A stretch of 53,367 nucleotides of DNA, filler included, from Streblomastix strix (lineage: Eukaryota): NCBI GenBank assembly GCA_008636045.1. It is 2 parts of 2 records of this genome, joined end to end, with 100 filler letters (N's around TTAATTAATTAA, not from the genome) between each part and the next. Parts side by side here need not be neighbours in the genome. Positions count along the whole stretch, not along the records: positions 26,760 to 53,367 come from SNRW01000160.1; 1 more part is not named here. One strand, written 5' to 3'. The translations under genes and the position numbers were made by a program. Under the pieces are notes generated by a model. The model had not been told where the DNA came from and searched no databases. It was given only the letters and a program-made list of their open reading frames with translations. Positions 38,811 to 53,000 of this stretch are shown here, in pieces. Each line of letters starts with the position of its first letter. The stretch's first letter is position 1.

Positions 38811-39746
38811 AGTACTCTTCAAATAAATTCTAGAAGAAAGAGGATTAAATGAAACAAATATTGAAAGAGCAATAAATTCATGGCACAGTATCTGGAGAAG
38901 ACACCGCTAAAGATATGGTTAATTCAAAGAATAATGGGATTAAACTGGAAGATAATTAACTGAAATTAAATCTTTGAAAGACACAGAGTTAGAATTGATA
39001 AATTATATCAACTATCTTAAGGATTAAAACGCATCTTCAGCAAATATAATCGAGAGCGTCAATGCGATTTCAGTATTATTTAAAGCTGAAGGACACCATG
39101 ATACAAAGATAAATGGGAAAATGTTAAAACTAACTATGAAGAAACCAAAAGTCAAAGTCAAACAACCTATAAAGGAAACAACTTGCTATAGCATTAATAT
39201 CTTACTAATATTTATTGAGCAACAAGCATTAGTCATTGAATTATTATCTGAAGAACAATTCCTTGGCTGCACTTTCACTTCTATAATGGCATTTTGCACT
39301 CTTCGTATGGTTGAAGTACTAAGAGCTAATGTAACAGAGAATGATGATGGAAGCTGGAACTTAAATACAGAATGTGGAAAGGAGATGAATTTGGAGCAGA
39401 AATTATATTTAGACAATTAGACAATGAAGCTTTCTGTCCAACATTTTGGTTAAAACATTGATTAAATAGCATTAAAAGACCTCAAAACATCCAATTAGTA
39501 TGGTATTTAGTCAAAACTGGTAGATAAGCGACTGAAGAACTAACTTCAAAAGTCATTCACTTGGTAATGAAGCAAGCAAGTGTAGAAAATAATACAACTG
39601 TTACGTCTATTCGTGCTGCGTCAATTATAAAAGCATTCTCTCTTGGGTTCTCAAAAATAGCCGTCGATCACTTTTCATGTCATGTTGAAACTAGCAGAAT
39701 TATTCTCAAATCATATGATAAGAATAACAATGATGAAGTAAAATGA
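38800..39746 (+). pseudogene. Tyrosine recombinase of second DIRS element
   Basis: AFCTLRMVE (Arg), CPTFWL, TSIRAAS, HFSCH, SYDKN (Tyr); frameshift near 39380 and in-frame TGA. Confidence 0.8.
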
Positions 39747-40877
39747 AAGATATAAGTTCTTTGAATGATAGTAAAGTCTCAATAAAAAGTGGAACACTGA
39801 AGATGTATATGAGTAGATAATCACGGAATGTAATGGAGTGGTTATCGAATAATCCACATATTCAATACTCCACTCTTGACCGACCCAAAGGTCAAATATA
39901 AATCATAACAATGATTTGCCACTTCATCCGACTAAAAAGGTTTAATACTGCAAATTGCGGCAAAATACACATCACCACATTTGATCGTTAGTTTAAAAAT
40001 GATTATTTGACAATTACTTTATTAGTATTAGTTACTTATTTATCTTTAAGCATATTAACATTCGCAATTTACTTTTCTTTTTTTTGTTAATATTTTTTTA
40101 ATTAGTTAATTATTTACATTCAAATTCATTTTTATTTAAACTATTTTATTAATACGAGAATGGAAGATGAAGAATGATTATGAATGACGATAGAAATTAA
40201 AGTGCTCTTGACTCTTCTAGCTTGTCAATTTAAACCGTAATACATGATAAAATGATGAATCATTTTGTTTTACCTTTTAAATTTTTATAGTTATTATTGT
40301 TTATTAACTTTAACACAGCAAATTCATTAATATATATTATTTATTATATCACTTCGAGAATATTGGGTTTCTGTTGACTGACCCATTGTACAAGGGCGAT
40401 AGTCTCAATAAAGGGTGGAGCACTGAATAAGTGGATTATTCGACTTCCAAATATATTGGACGTACTTTTATCTATAATTTTTATGATTCATTCTTTCATT
40501 TCTTCATCGATTTATTCTTCTTTCATTATATTCAAATATATTTTCACTAATTCCGTAATATTTGAGTAAGGAATACTATCATTTTCTTTTTCATCCTATT
40601 CTATTTTCTATTAAATCAATAATCAGAAGATAAATAAATGTCGATTATTTGTTATTTATTTCATTCTTAGTAAATAAATAAGGTATATTCAAATAAAATG
40701 TATAGTTATCAATGATCCGCATGCAAATAATTACACGTTCAGGATTCAGTGGTATTATATAATTGGGGAATAGCTCAAATTTTCACTTTTTCAATAAATT
40801 TTGCATACTTTACTAATATTAAGTTAATTTTCATCATTTACTACTTATTCATACATATTTTTATTAGGCTCACATAA

Positions 40878-42170
40878 ATGATACCTACCATTCAAGAACA
40901 TACCCTTTCTTAAGGAACATACAAAAAAGCACTTATTATTACGAAATTACCCCAGGCTGCAACAGTAGTCGATCCAGATCGGACAGAAGAAGATAAGGCA
41001 GAAGTGAAGACAATGATTGTCGATATCAGGACGTTGAAGACCGAGAATCCGACCGTGGAAGCGCAGAAAATAAAAAAGTTCACTTTGATCTTCAGCAACT
41101 AACAACTCGACGAAAACAACACTTTCTGCTCATGGGCAGCAATCTACATCAATGGTCTGAATTAACTGAAAGCAGAACTACTGATTATGCCAGAGCATTG
41201 CACTGAAGCTCATGTTACAAAGTCCCAAGAATGGTTCAAGACAATCCGACTGCCACCACTAGAAGTAAAATTCGTTGATGTGAAGTCAGCAGGCGCATAC
41301 TCCCTTGCCATGACTGAAGATGGAAAATTGTGGTCTCGTGGAATGAATGATGATGGAACTTGGGACAAAGGCACAGAAATTTGGAGGTTGAATCTGCATT
41401 TCAATTCAGGAGATGGATTAATTCCTAGTACGCATGGACCAAGCAAGATCAGATAGTTCAGCTTTGAGTTACACAGAGCTATTATTATCTTAGAGAATGG
41501 AGCTGTATTTGCATATGGATAACTGCATGAGTTCTAAGGATGGCCAAATATTCCATAGATTGGATTTATTGAGCTGACAGATTCAAATAAAATGAAACCA
41601 TGTTTCATTGATAAACTTCGTGGTGGTCTTCCTGGTGCAGATGGAACATTCGGTATATTTGGGTCATTTCATGTTGTCAAGTACTTCAGAGATGCAAAAG
41701 CATTTGTAACTGCTGATGGAATTGTAATAGTTCAAGCCTACGTTGAAGTTGAGAAGAAATACAGATACTGTTACACTCCAATTGATCCAAAGTTCTTTGG
41801 TGGTGAGAAGATTGTCCATATAAACAGCCATGTATGGGATGCATATGTTACTGAATCAGGACGTGCGATAATAACTCGAGCTGTATACAAGGAATATTAA
41901 GAGTTTGCTGCTGAACTGGCAACACCACAATATGTTATGCAGATACCTTTTCCTATTGATTAATTGAACACTCTGATCATAACTAAGAAAACACACTTCA
42001 CAGCTCTGAATAAGGATGGAAGGATATTGAGCATCAGATATGAAGATGGATCTGTCAGAGATGCAACTGACTATGTCAGTGAACTTATAAATGCAGATGG
42101 TGTAGGAGAAGGAATGAAGATTAAGCACTTTGGCCATGCTTCTGTTTGCTAGTTTTTCCTTTTCGATTGA
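40878..42170 (+). CDS. RCC1/BLIP-II-like beta-propeller protein (430 aa; may have an upstream exon)
   Basis: Three track ORFs fuse into one frame with TAR=Gln; FVDVKSAGAYSLAMTEDGKLWSRGMNDDG and degenerate repeats (ILENGAVFAYG, YVTESGR, ALNKDGRI). Confidence 0.7.
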
Positions 42171-42419
42171 AGTTCACGGTACATATGTTCTTATATGAAA
42201 TTTTTTGGAAAGATAATTGATATATCTATCTGAACTAATATAATAAAAGATATTCCTAACAATCATTTAAATTTTGAAAATTTTGTATCGAATTATTATT
42301 TATTTTTAAATTTCATAATATTAAACAAATTTAAATTGATTTATCATAATCAAACAATATCATTATATGTGACGAAAGGCTATCTACAGAGACTTCGCCT
42401 CGGTCCTATAGCAGGTTTC

Positions 42420-43581
42420 ATGAGCGACGAGGACGCTGAATACGTGCGGCGCATGCGCGTGGACGATTACCTACTTCGTCTACGAACTGCTGTCATTAAA
42501 GACAAACCCAGCAACCTCTCTGTGTTTGTTGAAAACTACGCGCGCCAGAAAATCCAAGAATAAACGGCAGGCGATGAAGACGAGGATGCAGTTGACCAAC
42601 CTGATGCTAAACGATCAGCTGCGAAGTATGTGCGTACGCGCAGGAAGGCTATTGTCCAGCAAGTGTAGACTAATCTCGACGGCAAGGAAATAGAAGTGAT
42701 TGAAAAAAGCGAAGAGTCAAAGGCTAAAATCGCCGAAATCACTAAGACAAACTTCCTTTTCTCTAAGCTAGATTAGTCACAAAGAGATGTCATTGTCGGT
42801 ATTATCAATTTAATTTTATTATTAATTGCTCAACAAAATTTAAATTTGCAATTTATTTTTTTAAATTTTTGTAGGTGCTATGTTCGAAGTGCGAAGAAAG
42901 AAAGGCGATATAATTATTAAGTAAGGTGATGAGGGAGATAATTTTTATGTAATGGACAAAGGTGAAGTTGATGTCCTCATAGCGTTTGAGAAGGGCAAGG
43001 AACCAACAAAAGTTGGTCATATGAGCGATGGCCAGGGCTTTGGGGAGCTAGCATTAATGCATAATTAACCGCGTGCTGCCACAATTCTAGCAACTACCGA
43101 TTGTGTGCTCTGGGCCATCGACAGGAACACGTATCGGCAGGTCATGATGAGCACAGTTATGAAAAAGCGTGCCAAGTACCAAGACCTCATTTCAAAGGTC
43201 CCATTCCTCGACACACTCACCAAATACGAGCGCCATTCACTGTGCGATGCACTTCAGCCCATGGAATTCCCTAAGGAGACGAACGTCGTAATTTAGGGCG
43301 AAATCGGCTCAAGATTCTTTATTATAGAAGAAGGCGAAGTAGCCATTTGGAGAGCTGTAGGTGGGGACCCGCCAAAAGAAGTTGGGCATTTACACCCCCC
43401 ATAATTCTTTGGTGAAGTTGCGCTCTTATCATCAGCTAAGAAAAGGACAGCCACTGTTAAGACAATCGGCGCATGTAAATTCTTGACACTCGAGCATCAG
43501 GCTTTCACGAGACTTCTTGGACCGCTTGAGAGTATCCTTAAAAGAAATATGGAGCACTACGAGGAGATGATGAAGAAGTGA
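42420..43581 (+). CDS. pkaR: cAMP-dependent protein kinase regulatory subunit
   Basis: D/D-like N-terminus, pseudosubstrate [21 protein letters not shown]...[46 protein letters not shown] intron 42799-42874. Confidence 0.95.
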
Positions 43582-44075
43582 GCTATATATCAAGTCATTT
43601 ATAATTTATACATACATCAGAGCGAAAATATACCCATATTCACTACACTGCTCAAATATTTAAACTTCTAGTCTAGAGGAATTATTTTTTTTATATATCA
43701 TAGTTTTCTTCCTTCACTTCTCATGTTTCTTTGCCATAACTATATATAAAATAATAAATATGTTATAATAAACTCATATAATTTGAGAGAATCGAGTTTA
43801 TTATATAGTTATATGTTATAGTGAGGTGATATTGCGAGCTGAAGACATTGTCAGTAATTAAAATAATGAATGACAATTAAGAATAATTCAATATGAAAAT
43901 AAAACCATTCAAAAAGGGAATAAAACTAACTCAAAAAGGGAATAATCATAATTTGATAAAGAAATATGAGTGAAGAATATTTTCAACGATTATTTCCATA
44001 AAAAAAAATATGTAAATTAACTCTATAAAATAAAAATAAGCAATTAAAAATTCACAGATATAATTAACCGCAGTA

Positions 44076-47000
44076 TCAGAGATCAGCCCAACCAAGCTCA
44101 TCATTCACCGAATTCTGGTTCGTCTACAACTCATCGACTGTCTCAGCTTGAATGTCTCTGTCTGAGAAAATGTCCATAAACTCATTTTTGTCTGAGAAAT
44201 ACCTCTATTATATCGGGCTCAAGGATGGTGACATGATACCATTGAATCCACTCGCGTTATTATTATTGTTATTATTATTATTATTATTATTGCTGCTCTT
44301 ATATCCTTTATTCATATTGCCAAGGCTCATACCAGCTGTGCTAGCTCTTACTAGCAGAGGCATATTTGTATCTGAAAAAGACAGCTAATAGTCTGTTTGA
44401 AGTGATTTATTGCCAAGCGCGTAATTCAAAGACGCCTGTGTAGGAGAGAGTAGCATCTGCTATACAGGTGACATCATCTGCAGCTTCAACTAGTCATTAT
44501 TCTGTTCCTACGGTGTGAATAACCTCTCCCATTCTCCTTGCTTATCCACCATATCCTAAGTGGGTGATAAAACTCCCTTTGCTGCAAGACCAAGTGTTGG
44601 TGGAGGTCCCTGTTCACCCCAATTGATTCCTTGTAGTTCAACACATCCAGGTTATAGCCACGAGAAGTCAACGGGGAGCGGGAGTGCATCATCGTGCGCT
44701 AAAAACCCTGTGAAACGAGCGTTTTCGATGTTTCCGAGTCTCGAGCCTGGTTTCTTGAGCGAAGTTGGGGTTTTCCTGAGAGTATCGATAGAGCTGCGTG
44801 TTGGGCTTTGCGTGAAACTAGACTGCCTTTGTTGCTACACAACTGGCATCAGGTTTGAAAGCGAGTCAAATTCAAGCGAAGCAGATGATGATGCAAAAAT
44901 TACTTATGGTTTTATAATGGATTATTGTTGCGATGAAGTAGCGATTGAATTAGATGTATTTTGGGAAGGTATGCTGCTTAAATTAGTTTTTTTGGAGTCT
45001 TGTGAAGTGTTATTGTTAGTTTTATTGGTAATATTATTGTTATTATTCAGATCAGATGCTTCCAGTATATTCTTGAATATGGCTTATGATGATAATGAAG
45101 TGAATGAATTCTTTTCCGTATCAATATTATTATTATTATTATTATTCTCATCTACATCTTCAGGTAACATCGGACTTGGTGTTCTCCTGAACTACAAATG
45201 TGTGGTCATCATTACATCGTTGTTGTTGAACTTCTGATATGCCAATGGAGTTATCTAAGATTCTTCAACTGTATCATGAACGTTATTATCCTCGCCTTCA
45301 GGTTCTTCATCTAATCTCACAGATTGCTGCTCTTATTATTGTATTCTTTCTTACTCTTCCTTTTTAAGCTGGTTTTCGTGCTAGCGTTCAATCTCGGCCA
45401 AAGCCTGCTTGATATCGTCGTACCGCTTCCATATATTGTATATTATATAAAACCCTATAAGTGTAATAGCAATCACAACGAAAGGAGGTATTAGCCAAGC
45501 CCACCACGCAGCGAGTCTGAATCTGGCAAAATTCACGAATTGTTCTCCATCAAGAACTTCAACTTCAACTTCAACTCCATCTCCATCTAATAGTCCATCA
45601 ACACCTGAGAAATGAACTCCATCGTTGGATGCTAGTATTCCATATACATACTTCCTTGAATTGAGCCACGAATAATCAGTCATTTTGAACTCTACATTTT
45701 TGCTTCCGTGGACTTTAGGCATTATTGTGAATGGAACTGGAGATGCATTTTCTGGAGGCCAGATTAAATAGCCGAGTTTGTCTCTTTTGAGATCTTCTTC
45801 GTTTGATTAAATATGTTTATTTTCATTGATGTTATTATTATTATTATTATTATAATTATTGGAAGGAGTGAATTGTTTAGTTTTATATTTAATTTCATTT
45901 TATTATTTATTATATTTCTTTTAATTAATTTATTTTTCTTTCTTATTATTCTCTTTATAATAATTAGAGTTTCTATCTTTATATATTCTCCAGAAATATT
46001 CATTAGCTGCCATTTCATCCTGTATCTCATCATCCGTCTTATTTCTAAGCTCATAAACTAATACTTAAAACCCTAATGGGATGAACTTAGACCCAAAAAC
46101 TTCGAACTGAAGTGGTTTCTTGGTGTCAAGTACATTGACTGTCAGTTTTGCTGAAGTGAGTATTGGATACGGAAGTTTAGGAACAGTCCATTTATTGGAT
46201 ATATCCAAATTGCAGTGCGAATCAGCGTAGATTCCGAAGTTGCATTATTACTAATCTGTGTTTATTATTTATTTTTGCTATTCTTTAATATTTTTATATT
46301 TATTCTTCATATTTATTAATAATAATTATTTATTTATTTATTATTCATTTTATATTCCATTACCTGCCAATCCGCATTCTTATTCATTTTTCCCATTAAC
46401 AACTGGATCAACAATCTTCATAGTTGAATCACCAACACATGAAACCATCATTTCGTTTCCTTCAAATTATACTGATCCATCTTCACTGGAATTACTTTCA
46501 GTAAATTACACATCTTCTATAATAATATTGGAATCTTCTACTTTAATTGCACCAATTCCTGTATTTTCAAATGAAGTTTCTTTGATCTACGATTCTGAAT
46601 TTTTGATAAACACTAATGCATGAATTGATGATGAGAAATAATCTCTATTTTCAGGACAGAGATTTTCATCTTTAACTTCTTATTCTTATCCTTCTTCTGT
46701 TTATGGATATTCACTGGATGGTTATTATTCATCATCATCTTAATCTTTTTCTTCATCATCTTGATCTGAATCAACGAAACTTCCATTATATCCAACAAAT
46801 TAGCATCCTTGAATGTAATTTTTCGTCTGATTCAAGTAGATCATATTTCCAAAGCACAACGGTTGTACAAATGTTGAATCAGTCAGTTCCATCTACAATC
46901 CAATAACAGTTAATGCAGATCCAACAGCGCTGTGACATCCTCCGGCAAATATTCCATCAATTATTATTTAATCTTTTACCCCTGATGTTATCAAATCCTT

Positions 47001-50000
47001 ATTCGATTATTCAATATTAATCAGACCATGTTTATATAAGTTATCTATGATTATTTATCCATCTGTATATAATTGATTTGATTATTCCTATTAATTAGAT
47101 GTCAGTTATTATTCTATTGGTGAAAAATCATTTGAATGACTTAACTGTTGTGAATCAACATCCAATCCTGGAATAATAGATGAACAGTTAGTTAAAATAG
47201 TTCCACTTATATGTAATATTGCAGAATTTGTATTCCCATCAACAAATCCAATATATACCATATTTCTTGAATGCATTAAATTATCTGAAAAATCGCACCC
47301 TCCAATTTCAATTCTTGTTCCTTTGCTTATTATATTAATTAATCCTCCGTTTATTCTTCTTTTATTCAGTTTCAGAGATGAGAAACAATTAGAGAATAGT
47401 GATCCTTAAATCTTCAATTTAAGTTAATTTGCATTTGAATACATATTACTCTCAATTTATTCATTCAGTTGAATCTCTCCATTATTTTATAAGCTCAGAT
47501 CAGTTATCATAAACAAAGAAGTCTCATTAGTAGTGATATCATCAAATATGCATTCATAGAACCCAGATTTGATCTTTGAGACCATTTCCTATCCTGAGTC
47601 ACCACTAAAACTTCTCATATTCTATATAAGCATTACAGTTCCAGTTCTCATATACATATGTTCCATAATAACATCTTATAGGATAACAAATCCTTCACAT
47701 TGGATGAAATATTCTGGTTCCATCATCGTGTTTTATGGGTTTGTATCAATATATCCTTAAACACTCACTTCTAATAATACCAGACTTCCATTTTTCCCAG
47801 GAATGTTGATAATCCCAACTTTTGGAGATGCAGGTTACATCGACAATCTCAACTTCTCCATCACAATATTCTGATTTATAATTCCTTATAGCATCGTATT
47901 ATAGAAGTTAATCTTCGCCCCCAATTCTGTAACCTCTCTTCCAAAACCAAGAAAGTTGACTGTCTTAGATCTGGTCAATATCATATCCATATACGTTGAT
48001 ATAAACTTCCCTTCACAGTAAATAAGTGTCTCAGCTCGACCTTATGATCCATCAGATGTTTCCTGTTCTTTCTGTATTTAACTACCAACAGCTCCATATG
48101 TATCACATGGATTTGTTATTTATCCACAAATAGTGTCTGGGTTCCATAAATGTTCAGAATCTGATTTTCCAATGAACCTGACAACTCCTTCATTATTCTG
48201 CCTTTACCAGGATGTATGCAATAGTTCTCTTTCATCAATAAATACTTAGTTGTTTGTTCCTATTGTATAACACAGGCTTATTTATTATTCATAGTTATTA
48301 GGCACTATTGCTGTGCATCCAATAAAAGTTGTCCTACCAACACGTTATGAAGGATTTGAATATGCGAAGAAGACATTTGATCCCCAATCAGCTTAATTCC
48401 CAACAAATATACACCTTTTAAATTATACTTTAGCATCAAATTATAGCATATCAATATAAACAGCTCCTCCATTTCCACCTAGTACTGAATCTGATTAACA
48501 TTATTTGAATATAACTCCTTCTGCATTTACAATACATCCATCATCTGCTACAACATGAATAGCTGAACCATCAGATGAAGTGTATATGGATTGAAGAACA
48601 ACTCCTTCAAGAAGATATAATTTCCCATTCTTACATTCAGACATATAGATCGCACTTCCTTATTCTAAACTTGTATTATAAATTGTAGTATTCTTTAGTC
48701 TAAGTAATTGTGCTGATTCTGACATTATAATCAATCCATTGAACTTTTTATTTTCATAATTCTATTATTATCCACTTTCAGAAACTCTATTAATCATAAT
48801 TATATTCTCAATTTTTACATCTAATATTTCTAATCCTCCTTCTCTAATATCAAATATTGGTCTGATTTCATTAATCGTGTTTTATTTTCCATCAGTTATT
48901 CTCAATCCTTTAATAATACTGGATCTTCTTCCTTTAATAAGAAATAGCGATGCTTTTGTGTTGGATAATTCGGCAGTAATATCTGAAGCGATCAAATGTG
49001 AGGATTTGAGAATAAAGAGATGTTCATTCTACTCTTTTTATTATATTCTACTCAAATTTATTCCATCACCATTTAAATGAAGTGTTTAATCTGAAAGTAT
49101 AGTGTATAGAAAAACAAATTTATAAAAACAAATTTAAGAAAATAATATTAAGAATTATTTAATATATACCTTGTAGTTAAATTTCCGTAGAAGAGAAAAA
49201 TCCAGATTTTAAAGTGACTTGAATTTGTTTTTCATTATTGGATTTCGTGAGTTTGAAAATATGTGAAATGTCTTTCGCTTTCTCGATAGGTTGAATTATT
49301 TAATTTTATTAATGAAATTTAATCATTTAATGAATTTTTGATTCTTACTATCTTTTATCTATTTTATTCTTATTATTATATGTTGGAATATGCTATTGTT
49401 TTTATTATTAATTAGTTTAGATTTGTGTTGATGATGCAGTTGTATCATATAAATCCTTCATAATTGCATCACATTTATCAAACTAAGTCCCTTTTCCTTT
49501 CACTGTTGGTTCTGCTCCACCATAAGCAATTAAAATTCCGCTTCCATCAATTCCAGCACCAATTTCTCTTTCCCAGAGTAATTCAAATGGAATTTATTCA
49601 ACTCCACTGATAATCTAAGGTGCTACATTAGTTGATTATGAAGTTGATCCAGAAATTATTGTTGTTGAACATTCAGTGAAAATACTCGATCGTAAATCAC
49701 ATTTTGCTCCAACTTTTTCAGTATGGAAAAGAATTCCACCACTTTCAAGCACTTTTATTTATTATGATCCTGAAACAACAGTACTAACACATTATGATAT
49801 CACAGTTATATCAATTGTTATTATAGGTCGAGACAGTGAATTAATTTCACGTTATAGTATTTCTCCTTATTTTTTATCACCCATCAGTAATTCTCCAATT
49901 CCTTTCTTTGCTAAGAATCTTCCTTCACCAGATTGATCAATTAGACCAACATATATTCCTCCACCAATAAGTGCTTTATATTATGATACTTTATTATTCT

Positions 50001-53000
50001 ATTTATATGGTTTATTGGATGATTTTTATTGAAATGAATTATGAGATTTGATAGTTTATGAATTAATAGAATGTGTTTTGAATTAATTAGTTAATATATT
50101 TGAATTAATTTCTTCATTTCTTTTTAATGATGAAGATGAATCAAGTCTAATTGTTCCATAACATTCATTAATTGTACAATGAACTATTTCAGCATGTATA
50201 TTTCTACCACAAATTGATATAGCTCCGCCAACTCCAATTAATTTTTCTTCTTCTCCAGTCATATTAATTTCACAACTACAATTAATAAAAGAAGAGTCGA
50301 TTATTAGTATTGGGAAAAGAGCAGCTTTTATTCCTCTAACACTTAATACAGATCCTGCACTTGCTGGAATTTCTTCTTATTCTTCTAATTAGTCTGTAGT
50401 TAAATTTGATGAAGTGAAATAACTTGATACAAATTCGAATTCGGAATGTGAAATGGTGAGAATTGTATCAGTTGAAGCAATTTCATGTTAACTTCTTATA
50501 TCTATTAATGAGCAAACTTTCATATTAATAGATTCAGCTTTCACATTTTCAAATATTATTCTCATCTGAGCAGTTACAAACGGTTCACCCTTTATAAAAG
50601 AGTGTGAATCAATAACTGAATCTAATATTTCCAACTAAACTTCACATTAATCAAATTTGACTTCAATTACTCGTCCATATTCATTACTTCTTACATTGCC
50701 TAATAACTATATACAACTTCCAACATCTGATTCTTCAGGAAGAAGAAATCTAATTCTCTAAAAACTAACTTTCTAGTCTGGGCCTTTGTTACCAACTCCT
50801 AGACTTGATTCATCAATTCTCCTCCATCTTGAAACATCAGCAATCATAATCTATCCTTATTCTTTGAATCTAATATCTGCAAAATCAGACCCAATACTTA
50901 ATTCATCGCTATTCGCTCCTCTAAGAATAAAATTCTCATATTCTTATTCAAATACTTCTTCTATATCAAACTCTTGTATGATAATAAACTCATGAATTAA
51001 ATCACGCATTCCTTCAGATTATCCAGAAACGGTATCTTTATTCCATTCACTTGTAACTGTCCTCGTTTTAGCATAATTCATTGTTTAACATGGAACAATA
51101 ACAGTTCCACAATGTTCTGCATCAATACTCCTCCATTTCTTCGATGACATAAACAGCGAATCACTGATAGTTTGTTTGAAAGCAGAAAGTAGATCATAAT
51201 CAACACGTATTGATTATCCAGGATCAGATGTAGTTTCAGTTCCATATAGTGCATTCACTTTGTTATATTGGCTTCCGAAAACATCAAATAACATTTTATC
51301 AGTGTAATCTAATGCAGTGATATTTTAACAGTATATGAAAATATCCCTTCCGAATTTACTTGCTTTATTCAGCTTAAATACAATCGACATCCAAATCATG
51401 AAGTCATTATCTGATCCTGATGGAAGATTCAAATATATTCCTCCACCACGACCTCCAGAATTAACTTCTGCAACTGAATCACAATTAGTAAAAGTAACTC
51501 CTTCATCAACTATGAATTAAGCATCATCAGCTAAAGATGCATAAATTGCTCCTCCATCACCATTAGTGCATTTGAGGGAATCAAATACGCTCATATAACT
51601 GATATTCAATAATGATTCTTGACCCATTAATGCAAATATTGCTGATCCACCTCGATTATTAGAATCTCCTCTTGAATTGATACTTTTGAATATAGTATCG
51701 TTGATTGTCGCTATTTTATCTGTATCTGGAGTTGATGATGTTCCTCCAATACGAATAACATTCCCACCTGATCCTGTTATATTGATATCCTAAAATGAAC
51801 ATTGAGTTACTAAAAATGTTAACATATTATTGTCCACATGAACAACTCCTCTTGCTGAAATTAAAGGAGCCATTTTTAATCCCAATAAATTAACTGATAC
51901 CAACTCAAGTTCAGTATCAGTCCCAGAAATGTAGAAAATCGGTATTTAAAAAACGCTCGTATCAAAACTGAAATCAATTCCATAAAGACCATATTTCAAT
52001 CCATCAGAAGCTTCTATCCATCCTTATTTACCTATTTCCTTTGAATCATCATTCTTCTTAATTATTGTTGTAGATGCTTACCCTTCCATTTCTAACTTCC
52101 TCTGATATAACTACTTCATTATCAATATTTCTTCACACATATGAATCGTCTTGCTTAGCTCATGTGGAACTAATAAATCAAATCCTTCTTTACTGATACC
52201 GATCTTTTTCTAAGTAACAGCTTATGTCGCACTTCCCTATATTCTTATTGATATCTCTTACGTTGCATATAAGATTGTCTCACATGGATCATCAAAAAAC
52301 CCACAATTTTCCGTGTCTCTTCCAGTCCCGAATCCATATCCTTTATTTTCATGGTACAGAACATGCCAGATGTTCCCATCAAGCGGGGTCCAATACCTCT
52401 CAAGATAAAGCATCTCGAAATTCACATGTTCGACTGTATATGAAGCAAAGAAGTCTTAATTTGCTATAAACCCTTCAAGATCTTCATAAGGTGATGTTTC
52501 ATCGCTGTAGTTACCTTTCAGATATTCGCCATCAATTGGAATAATGCCCCATTCTCTTAATTTCTTCATAACTACAAATAAACTGTGACCTTTATTAGTA
52601 GCTTCATTCTCATAGAACAACGCAGCTTTGAAGTTTAAATCATTCTGGTTCACTAAAACATCATCATGAACAATAAGGAATATAGCTCCACCATATCCAG
52701 TTGGTGGTGTTGTTTGAATTGATTGAATAGCTTTGCAATGACTAAAGTATACATCATTTAGGAGTTAAATTGTACTCAAAGATTTCATTTCTATATATAT
52801 TCCTCCACCGTTTCCTGTTTAACATTTGCAGTCTGTGAAATAACAATCCTGCGAGATTTATAATCTAGCTGATGTTTCAATGATTGAACACAAACCACCA
52901 CCAGATCCAACATTACCTTAACTCTCGCATTCAATGAACTTTACTTGATCTGATATTTACAGTAAAGAACCACTTCCTGATATTTCAGTGTAGATTCCTC

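Larger units (their letters stand above)
34700..39900 (+). mobile_element. Second DIRS-type retrotransposon (gag-like, RT-RNaseH-MT, YR), decayed
   Basis: Canonical DIRS domain order on + strand; termini not resolved. Confidence 0.85.

Noticed and set aside
40345..40620. Short minus-strand coding-like remnant (…STYSVLHPLLRLSPLY…)
   Set aside because: In-frame TGA, no start and no recognisable family; too weak to call
44560..45237. Longest track ORF (225 aa, + strand)
   Set aside because: Antisense to the cytoplasmic tail of the minus-strand surface protein; poly-Leu runs mirror poly-Asn
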